From: Octopus sinensis
Taxonomy: Eukaryota
Reading direction: 5' to 3'
Assembly (NCBI RefSeq): GCF_006345805.1
Contig: NC_043001.1
Location: forward strand, 51,336,001 to 51,400,000
DNA length: 64,000 bases
Under the pieces are notes generated by a model. That model ran no database searches. It had not been told where the DNA came from and worked only from the letters and a program-made list of their open reading frames with translations. The translations under genes and the position numbers were made by a program. Positions 53,530 through 64,000 of the stretch are shown in pieces. Positions within the stretch are counted from its first letter, which is position 1. Each line of letters opens with the position of its first letter.

Positions 53530-53806
53530 CTTCGCTCGGAAAGTATATGGCTCTGCAGCAACAATTTTTTCTTCAATTTTGTCTAGTGACATATAAGAGA
53601 AGATAAAGATATTTCCATCAGCACCAGAAGTTATTAGGCAATTGTCCTGAAAGTTGACTACTAAACCAGTTAGGTAGCCATAGTCTGAATCATGTATCCC
53701 AAACTCCCAGTATGGACCGAGCTCTTTGATGGAACCAGGAACAGGTAAGTGATGCACTCTGATCTTGCCATCAGTCATACCTAGCAACAGCTGGGTTTGG
53801 AATTTG
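53530..53806 (-). CDS. CFAP44: CFAP44 exon, WD40 repeats (KFQTQLLLGMTDGKIRVH...YWEFGIHDSDYG...LITSGADGNIFIF...FRAK)
   Basis: caacag|C acceptor and AAG|gtaagt donor; 277 nt. Matches the recalled CFAP44 YWHFNMHDNNYG...LVTAGADGNIFVF. Confidence 0.92.
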
Positions 53807-55299
53807 CTGTTGAATTAATGAAGCAGAGAGATGAGAAGCATTTATTATTAACGGGCCTTTGTCATTTGTTGAGAGATTAAATCAGTCTTCTATGAAAAAC
53901 ATACAAATAGTTACCTACTGTGTTGAATCTAAATTGATATTTTGAGCCCCAATTACAGAAACGTCATGCAATTTCATAACCTTTTAACATGCAATAAAAG
54001 CAGAGTGGCCAAACTGGACACAGCAAGACACCCAAAACAAACAGAAAATGAAGAAAGAAAGAAAGAAAGAAAGGACAGAGGTTGCATCAAATGTTTTGTT
54101 AAAGCAGATACCACTTTGAAGTAAGTCTCAAGCTATGGGCCAATCTAATTTGTCTCTCTTTCTTTTATTAGATAAATATACGAGATAAAAATGCTTGGCA
54201 TACACATAAAATAACGAAGGAGAGAAAAGAAAGCAGAGCTAAAACAGGATATATGTACAACAAAATATAAATAAAAGATCGAGATGTCAGAGATAAAATG
54301 TAGAGTTTATTATTCATGTTTTTGTGCTTTGTTCATAGCCAAAACACTCGAATATAAGTACACTCAGCTGCAACGAGATACTTTGAGGATAACAGGTTCT
54401 GCCACTGTTATCAGGAAACCAACAAAAAGCTTTTATGTGCTCATGAAACTTGCTAGAAGTATCAGCCAAATCTCCCTCAAATCACAACCTACTATCTTGC
54501 AAAACTACTGCAGAAGACCACTATGTGAGTATGTGTATGTGTGTGTGTTTGTGTGTGCATATGTGTGTGCGTATGTTTGTGTGTGTTGTGTGTGTGTGTA
54601 TGAGTTGTGCATGTGTGTGTGTGTGTTTGTGTGTGTATGAGTTGTGCATGTGTGTGTGTTTGCGTGTGTGCACATGCATGCATGCTTGTGTCTATATCTT
54701 GGGTTTGCAGACAGTTGTAAAAAAGTGTCATCATTACCTGAGAGCATTCATTTCTAATCTTCCATGGAAATGTGTTTGCTTATTGGGAAATATTACTTTG
54801 CTTGGAAACAAGAGAAGGATGGCAACCAGGAAGGGCATAGAAAATCTGCCTCAGTGAATTCTGTTTGGGTCACACACATATGTGGAAAAGTGGACATTAA
54901 AACAATAGTTGTGGTGATGATGATGATGATAATGATGATCATGATCATTATCTTTATGATGACAATGATACCAGCACTGACTACTCTTTTCACTGTTTAT
55001 GACTAACCCCTAAACTCATTAATGCTATCATGTTCTGTTCTGTAATGAGAAACCTCTATTACTTGTGTCACTGAGTTGTGCATGAGGACACAGGAATGTT
55101 TCATGATGATAATAACATACACGCATAAGACAGTGCAAATGGCTTTGGAGATAGTGATTTAATTTCAATTATTATTAACTTTGTGAATATATTATATTTC
55201 TAAATTTTAAAACATAGTACATCCATGTTAAGTCCTAGTTATAAACTGGTGTTGAGTTACTCTTCTTGTTTATTATTTATTAAAAAACAAATAAATAGT

Positions 55300-55628
55300 C
55301 AAACAATTCATCCATCCCTCTGTCCATCCGTCCATCCATCCATCCATCCATCTGTGCATCCATTTGTCCATCCATCTGTCAGTCCGTCTATCCATCTGAC
55401 CAGCCATCCATCCATCCGTCCATTCATCCATCCCTCTGTCCGTCCGTCCATCCATCCATTCATCCATCCATCCATCCATCCATCCATCCATCCATCCATC
55501 CATCCAACCATCCATCCATCCATCCATCCATCCATCCATCCATCCATACATACATACATACATACATACATACATACATACATACATACATAAATACATA
55601 CATGCATGCATGCATACATACATGCATG

Positions 55629-55676
<48 letters not shown>

Positions 55677-55695
55677 TACATACATACATACATAT
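55300..55695. repeat. Compound microsatellite (CCAT)n-(CATA)n-(CA)n
   Basis: Seen directly. The WMDG/MYVC ORFs are artefacts. Confidence 0.95.
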
Positions 55696-57955
55696 GCAGT
55701 GAGCTGTCACTAATATTTTGTTTAGTTCTTTTCGTTTTAATTCAGGTTTACTCAACAACCAAACTAAAAGATGTAATACTACTGGAATATAAAATGACAA
55801 AACTGTTACAGCATCAACAATGATAATTCTAAAATATAGTTCATTTAAAAAAGGAGTAGGAGAGAAAGTGTTGGTGTGAGGAATGAATTGTCATGGACAT
55901 TCTAACTCTTGTCAACTGGTTTAACAGAAACACAACTGTAAAAGTAGTAACAATGGAATCCCATAATGAAAAGGGTGTTGGGGACCACCAAGTGAATGGT
56001 TTTGTCTTTGTGCAGTATATCCATTTGTTAGGGCCCATTGCTTCGCTATTCAAAATTCTTTGCAACATTTTATTTTGCCACTGCAAGTAATGAAACACTC
56101 AGTTTACATTGCCATTTGAACTTCCAAACAGTATAGTGCTGATGTCATTAATGAACCAGTGACCCCACTGCTCATAGAGCTTCTTACTCCTTTCTGCATA
56201 TCAAACATGCCCAGCGTTAGGGAGTGAATGCAGGCTTAAAAATAATATAAGTATGTGACACTGGAGCCTTATGTGGTCCTCTTATTCATCAGATTCTGTT
56301 GGACTGTCCATCTCATGTTAATATGAAAAGTGAATGTAAGATGATAATAACGATTGTTAGTTATTATTATGGAAAGGTTCCAGCCTAAGCCACAGCAACA
56401 AAGTCCACTCTGCCACATTTCTCAGTTCAACATCACTGCCTTGAGGTCCTGGATACATTTCAAGCCAGTATCTGCAATCAAATTGTTGATGTAAGTGTAA
56501 GGACGTTTTGCTCTTCTTATATTGCCATGAAGTGGATTTCACAGGACTAATTTGGATGCCACCAGTTCAGGGTGGCACATACAGTGACCAGAGAGTCACA
56601 GCCATCTTTGCTTGATCTTCTCACTAATTTTCAGCAGGTATCATTTGTCATATGTTGCTGTCATTTCACATTTAGGGCCATTCATAGCATCCTTGTGTAT
56701 CATCGATCTAAACTGTTTAATAATTTCTTTGTCAGTGTCCATGTTTCACTACAGCACTGATTCGACAGTTGCAATAAACAGCTTAATTTTGATTCACCTG
56801 GGCAATTTGGAGTCCTAGATCTTCTTTAGTTTGCAACAAGCTGTCCATGCTTGTGCCTTTCTGATCTTGATGTCTGCTTCTGAACTGTCCACCCAACCAC
56901 TTTAGAACTCAAAGTCTTCAGCAACATTCAATAATAATAATGATGACATACAAATACAAAAATACACAAAAACGTACATATACATTAAGTTCTCTCATTT
57001 CAACACATCACATTCCACTATATATGAAACAACCATGGCTTCTTGAGAATTGTCTAATCAGCTACCAGTTCAATTCAGAGCTAATTGGACATGCATCATT
57101 AATAATAGATATTAATGTGTAATTAATAATAGATATTAATTTGCTGAGAGAGCCAACATCTTAAGCTAATAATTACCAAAAATAGGAAGAAGATACAAGT
57201 GTTCTGCATTAGAAAGAAAGCTTTGTTATTTTGAGTTACTGATGCAATTCCCATTGATGTAATCATGGAAAAGTAAATAAAGCCATTTGAAAGCAAAAGA
57301 TATGGACAGATATTATTTACCAAGAAATAACGAATGTACAAAAGTGTTTGAATGATAAAAGCAATGAGCAATACATTTTCATGCTCTGTTGCATAGTTTG
57401 GCAAAGCTTACTCCCCACATCACGAAGCATTCATTTATTTTCAAATGCTGACAGGTCTTTGCATCAGGTTTTGAGCATCTTATAATATGTCAACTAGAGG
57501 GGAGACACCATTACAGAAAAAGAAACTCTCCACTAAATAAATATTAGTTTCAAATTTTGGCAAAAGCCGAAAAATTTTAGGGAAGTGACTAAGTCGATGA
57601 AATCAAACCTAGTGCTCAACTGGTACTTATTTTATTGACCCTGAAAAGATGGAAGGCAAAGTTACCTTGGTGAAATTTGAACTCAGAATGTAAAGATGGA
57701 CAAAATGCTGCAAAGCATTTTGCCTGGCATGCTCACACTTCCGCCAGCTGGCCACATTCCTCAAAACAAATATTAATACTACCAAGGTGAATTCTCATTA
57801 AAAGAAATCTAATAACTTCTTTTTCCTTTTTTGTTTCTTGCAATCACCCAATTCTGGATTTGGTACACTGCATAGCACATTGGGTAGGTATCTTCTAGTC
57901 TCAGAATGAATATGCTTTATGAAGTTAGTAGATGGAAATGGTGTAGGAGTCTGAT

Positions 57956-57998
<43 letters not shown>

Positions 57999-58140
57999 TT
58001 ACTTCGAAAGGATGCATGACATTCAATCATATAATAATATAAATAATATACATATGCATATATACATGTGACGTCCTGTGCCCACATATGCATATGTATA
58101 TATGTATACATGTAAGTATGTACATATATGTATGTATATA

Positions 58141-58223
<83 letters not shown>

Positions 58224-58276
58224 ATTTATATTATATTATAAATCTCTGAGCGAGATGTAAATGTCACGATATATAT

Positions 58277-58330
<54 letters not shown>

Positions 58331-59184
58331 ATATTCTTTTATTCTTTTACTCTTTTACTTGCTTCAGTCATTTTACTGTGGCCATGCTGGAGCACTGTCT
58401 GTAGTTATTCTTTGTAAGCCTAGTACTTATTCTATCGGTTTCTTTTTGCCGAACCACTTACATAAACACACCAGCATTGGTTGTCAAGTGATTGTGGGGG
58501 GTACAAACACAAACATATATATATATATACATATATATACATATATACGATGGGCTTCTTTCAGTTTCTGTCTACCAAATTCATTCACAAGGCTTTGGTT
58601 GTCATACAGTGGGACTGAACTCAGAACCATGTGGTTGGGAAGCAAGCTTCTTACCACACAGTCACACCTGTACCTATATATATGTATATATGTATGTAAG
58701 TATATATGAATATGTATGTATATACATATATATCTTCATCATCATCCTCATCATCATCATTTAATATTTGTTGTCCATGCTGGCATGGGTTGGTATGTTT
58801 GACCAGTGTTTTCAAGCTAGGGTGCTGCACCAAACTCCAATCTGATTTGGCATAGTTTCTATGGCTGGATGCCCTTTCTAATGCCAAGCACTACAGAGTG
58901 AATTGGGTGCTCTTATATGGCAACACAATGGGTGCTTTTACACAGTGACATATGGGTGCTTTTTATGTAGAACCACACAGGTGCTTTTACATGACACCAT
59001 ATGGGTGCATTAAAGTGGCACTGCATGGGCACTTTTATGTGGCACCACCATGAGAGCTTTATGCCACCAGAGGGACCAAACTAAACACTTCTACTGTGAA
59101 GTATGGGTCTTCTTGAGGACATGCAATTAATAACCAGCTATGAGAAGAAACAATTGCTTTTCACATTAGATATTTTAAAAAACT

Positions 59185-59420
59185 GGTAGGCGGTGAGCTA
59201 GCAGAATCGTTAGCATGCCGGGTGAAATGCGTAGCTGTATTTCGTCTGCCGTTACGTTCTGAGTTCAAATTTCGCCAAGGTCGACTTTGCCTTTCATCCT
59301 TTTGGGGTCGATAAATTAAGTACCAGTTATGCACTGGGGTCGATATAATCGACTTAATTCGTTTGTCTGTCCTTGTTTGTCCCCTCTGTGTTTAGCTCCT
59401 TGTGGGTAGTAAAGAAATAG
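59185..59420 (+). mobile_element. tRNA-SINE family D
   Basis: ggcggtgagctagcagaatcgttagc...gagttcaaat head with gtcgactttgcctttcatcc body. Copies at 35125-35335 (+), 44470-44760, 47235-47460, 49135-49350, 53280-53460 and 57540-57760 (all -). Confidence 0.8.
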
Positions 59421-60910
59421 GTATTATATTTTCTAGCTTAAATGCTCTAAAAAATCATTTGTTTGCAAGAAGCTTTCACATTAACAACTATACTATAGCA
59501 TTCTTAAACAATTTTACATTTGTTTCCAATGGTAGAATGCACTATGGGAATGAATTTGCATTAATCTTTGGAGAAGGTGCTTCCACAGTTTTCCTCATTA
59601 CCTTGTATTAACCTTCCTATGGCATGTTCTGATTTCAAGATCATTTGGCCAGTCTTAATTAAGCAGGGATGATATGATACATAGGGCCTTAGAGTTAATT
59701 TAGCGAAAACTAAAGTCTTAGTAAGTAGGAAAACAGACAAATCACAAGTCCATTCTGAGTGATGGCCCTGCTCAGTATTTAAGAAGTGTGTTAGTAGAAA
59801 CTCCATACATTGTACCCAGTGCAAGCTTTAGACACATAAGAGATGTAGTAATATCATGGGAAGGTTAACAGGGAATATAGTCTTTGTGTATGGCAAATGT
59901 GCTGGTACAATAAGCACTAAAAAATGTGCAATATATACTGTAATGGACAAACAGATGAAGATCAGCTTGACTTTTATAATATAGATTGCATTATGGGGAC
60001 ACTAATTTAAACCCATGCAACTAAACATTTACAAAGGTATAATTAAACACACAGATGCACACACACACACACACACATACATACACACACACACACAACA
60101 CACACACACACAGATTTGCAAACATACATAGAAACACACACATACATCATCATCGTCGTTTTAACATCCACATTCCAATGCTAGCATGGGTTGGATGGAG
60201 CATATTGAAGTAGATTTTCTAAACCCAAATGCCTCTCTTGTTGCCAACACTTATCTATTCCCAAGCAAGCTAATATTTCCTCATGATTAGACATATTTTT
60301 GTAGAATATTGAAAGGGAATGACATTCATTTACAACAACCATGCAATGTCAAAACAAGGAGACACACACAAAACAAGGAGACTATAGTAATTAATGGGAC
60401 TTTCACTATATAACAGTCTACTATTAACTGGCCATACTGTACATGACACATTATAAATAGTTTCAGTAATATCAGCCATATAATTGTTAAGCATGGCCTG
60501 TCAAAGCATATAAGACATGATATTGTTCAATGAATATACTAATTCTGTAGAATATGAAAAAAAATTTTCTTCAATAAATCTTATTGTTCATTAAGGAGAC
60601 ACACACACACACACATACATACACACACAGAGTTTCTGTCCACTAAATCCATCCACTTACAGAGCTTTGCTCATTTCACAGCTATAGCTCAGAACACTTA
60701 CCCAAATTACTAAACGTCATGAAACAAGTGTTCCACCATGACTGTTGGTGGACTGGAAACTTTTTCATTTCTTCCTTACTTGTTTATACGTTTACATGAT
60801 GTAATCTAGAATGCATTCATAAAATGCTGTCCAAACAGCTTTTGTGAATTTTGAACCCCACTTGTAGTTTTCTTATACACACACATACACACATGCACGC
60901 ATGCACACAC

Positions 60911-60943
<33 letters not shown>

Positions 60944-61313
60944 GCAAGCTTCAACAGTGTTCATCACTACCAAGGTGAAAAGAAGATCCATAGAAATCTT
61001 GTATTCATGCTTATTCCTAAAAACACCTGAGATGTTCACCTCTTGAATGCCTTTGATCATAAATCTTTTGTTATCAGAATCGATCTCAGCCTAAACAATG
61101 ACATCAGCAACACAATGTTGATTCAATATATGAAAGTACTAGATCGCCAATTCATAAAATATTAACCAACCCTTTCAAACTGTTTACTTTTCTGGAAACA
61201 ACAGCAGAGAAGGATGTAAGTGTCAAAGATCCTTAAATCTTGTAAATTTTATATTATAGACACTCAGCCTTGGAATACTTTAATAAGAAGGCAATTAAGA
61301 TGGATAATTTTAC

Positions 61314-61465
61314 CTAAATTTCATTATTGTAATTCCAGCATCATTATTGTTAACAACAGCAACAGCTCTAAGCGGGGTTGCTGGATCACTGTCAGGAATA
61401 GCTCTCTGAGAATCACGCTCACCTGGAAATGCGCATTCGTATATATAACCAGCATCGTAATCACC
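61314..61465 (-). CDS. CFAP44: CFAP44/WDR52 exon (first in window): GDYDAGYIYECAFPGERDSQRAIPDSDPATPLRAVAVVNNNDAGITIMKF(S)
   Basis: ttgcag|GGT acceptor and AG|gtaaaa donor; 152 nt, phase 0 to 2. Resembles the recalled vertebrate CFAP44 segment GGYDSGFLYHCEF. Joins the next exon in frame (AG|C = Ser). Confidence 0.85.
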
Positions 61466-61539
61466 CTGCAATATAGAATTTATGCAATTTATATGATTAA
61501 CATTATTTAGTGTGTAGCAAAATTTGAAATAAAGAAAGT

Positions 61540-62660
61540 GGATATGTATAGCTATCTGCTCAGGGTTGCTCTTAAATACAAAGACCCTCCCAGGTGAAGA
61601 ATGTACCCCCCAGCATAGACTAGTCATTAGTGACTTTACACTTGAGGTCAGAAGGATGCCGAGAAGCAGACCAATCCCAAAAAGAAGGATTTGGAAGCTA
61701 AAGAACCCTTCACATGGTCAGAGATTTAGGGACATCTTCATCAAGAAATTTGAGGAGGAGGAACTACAGACCTCGCCCATAGAAGGTAGCTGGAAATTCC
61801 TATGGGACAGCTTACTGTGTGCCACATACCAAATCTGTGGCTGGTGCAAACTCCCTCCAGACCTAGAGTAATGTGGTGGTAGACAAAGCCATTAGAGCAA
61901 AGAAAAAGGCCTGGAAAGCCTGGAAGGGTGGAGGTAGCAGGAAACTGTACCAGATAGCCAGAAGGGAGACTGGGCGACAGGTATACATACCCAAGGGTGA
62001 AGCAGAAAAGAAGAAGCTTGCCAATGTCCAGCGACGTGAGGACCAAAGAACTGAAGTACTTCAGATTGCAAGACAGTGTGTGAGAGAAAATTGTGAAATC
62101 ACAGGAAAGAAATGTGCCCATATGGATGATGGTGCACTTGCTTTTAATGATTCAGAAAAGAAAGAGGCATGGAGATGCCATGAAAGATTGCTGAATGTGG
62201 AAAATGAATGGGGGGAGGAGAGCGTGCCAAATGTTGATCCAGTAGAGGGACTAGCTATCCGAATAGACAGCATGTGGTAGATAAAGCAATTAAGGGTATG
62301 AAGCCAGAAAAAGCCCCCAGCCCATCAGGAGTCACTGATGAGATGCTTAAAACATCTGGTAGTGTGGGCTATGGCCTAGTCACCCATTTTGTAAACCAGA
62401 TAGTTCATGATGGAGTCATACCCAATGACTGGCATATCAGCACCATAGTCAACTGCTACAAGGGTAAAAGTGATGCTTTAGATAGAAATAACTACAGGGG
62501 TATCAAACTGCTGGATCAGGTGATGAAGGTCACGGAGAGGCTCATAGCCCAACTAATTAGGGAGAGAGTCTGCTTAGATGAGATGCAGTTCCGTTTAGTA
62601 CCAGGTAGAAGCACCACTGATCCTGGTACGGCAACAGCAGGAGAAATACCAATCCATCCT
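61540..62660 (+). mobile_element. RTE LINE fragment
   Basis: TLPGEECTPQHRLVISDF..., NYRGIKLLDQVMKVTER; same family as 20620-25856. Confidence 0.9.
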
Positions 62661-62907
62661 GCTTAACCCTTTGTCCAAGTGTTCAACAAGTAGCTACAAG
62701 GTCTTTTCTCACTCCACTTTGAAGAGAGGTTATAGGCCACTAGCCATTAGGGTCTTAAGAAACTCCTTAAAGCTAAGCACTTTATCCACATGAAATCCTG
62801 GGTAACTCTATAGACTGGCCATAACTACCTTCATCTAATTATATGTGTGTGCGCGTGTGTGTGTGTGGATGTGTACATTTATGCAATTATGTATATATAT
62901 GTACATA

Positions 62908-62941
<34 letters not shown>

Positions 62942-63655
62942 CATAGATATAAATATTAGATAGGCTTCTTTCAGTTTCCGTCTACCAAATCCACTCACAA
63001 GGCTTTGTTCAGCTCAGTGCTATAGTTGAAGATGCTTGCCCAAGGTGCCCCTCAATCGGTCTGAATCCAGAGCCACGTAATTGGGAAGCTACTTACTCAT
63101 ACATATGCATACAGACATACACATCTGTATAAATAAACATGAAATCCTGTCTGTCCGTCCGGGACCCCTGTATCTCAGTTTACATTTCTTCAGCATAGAC
63201 ATATTATACATTTTTGGAATCAGGATAATCCCGAGATTGAAAATTTGCCCTTCATTTGATTCTTGAACATCCAGCATTGGAATCTGGTTTGAAAGCATTT
63301 GGGTTGCTATTTCTAGCAGGTAATGCTTGGCTGATTCATGCCATCTTGGTTGGCATTTGTCAGATGATGTCAGAGATCAAGCAGGAGAAAAAGAACATTT
63401 GCTTCATTAATTTTACATTGAGATAAGAACTTTGGGACAAATTAGCCAACAGTTGGAATTCAACTTGGGACTGGAACAATAGAATGAGTGCATTACGGAA
63501 TTAATTTTCATCCACCCTTAACCTCTGATCAAACACCACCAGGGCATATGGTCATTATAGGTGTATGATAGTCATGCAATTTTGCTCTTTTTACATTTGT
63601 GCTGCAGGCCCAGTTAGCCCTCACTGAAAAGTCTGCATGGAGGGTGGCTTTTAAG

Positions 63656-63691
<36 letters not shown>

Positions 63692-64000
63692 TGTGTATGT
63701 GCATGTGTGTGTGCACGCATGCACACATACGTGCACATATGTGTGTGTGTGTGTGAGTGTGGGTGTGTATGATGGTGCATGGCCTAGTGGTTAGGATGTC
63801 GGCAGGGAAGGTGACTGTGGTATTTGTGATAGCTGAAGTGATCCTGGTCTACTTTACAGGAAAGAACATTTGGATTACCATTTTAAAAAGTGATTCAGAA
63901 TGTAATGCACTATAAATTAACATTCCTGATGATAAGAGGGGCTACATTAGTTTACTGTACAGTTCACTCATAGGGAAGAAATTAACTTATAGGTTAGATA

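Noticed and set aside
63880-63945. Possible upstream CFAP44 exon (PLLSSGMLIYSALHSESLFKM)
   Set aside because: Does not resemble the expected PSPILCGFY...FWVS segment and has a weak acceptor.

Overview
AT-rich, microsatellite-dense eukaryotic DNA. The SINE and LINE repertoire looks like an Octopus (cephalopod) genome, which is an inference. The whole window appears to lie inside one minus-strand gene, CFAP44/WDR52. I traced 10 coding exons (61465 down to 15371) with GT-AG boundaries whose phases join into one continuous 540-codon frame; the 5' and 3' parts of the gene were not found in the window. The introns hold decayed mobile elements: a Gypsy pol fragment, a Helitron with both termini, a near full-length RTE LINE split by a mariner, other RTE and mariner fragments, three R4/Dong-like REL retrotransposon fragments at (TAA)n tracts, and several tRNA-SINE families. 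The ORF track does not show the most notable signal, a set of hammerhead ribozymes (HHRs). Two unrelated fold-back elements at 8.1-10.5 kb each carry a plus-strand HHR next to a long inverted repeat, and in one the arm begins at the predicted cleavage site. A tRNA-headed SINE has a tail containing a minimal dimer-type HHR and shows Penelope-like inverted structures. A solo-LTR-like insert carries a degenerate, permuted HHR. All RNA structures were paired by eye and no database search was run. Coordinates of degenerate repeats are approximate.
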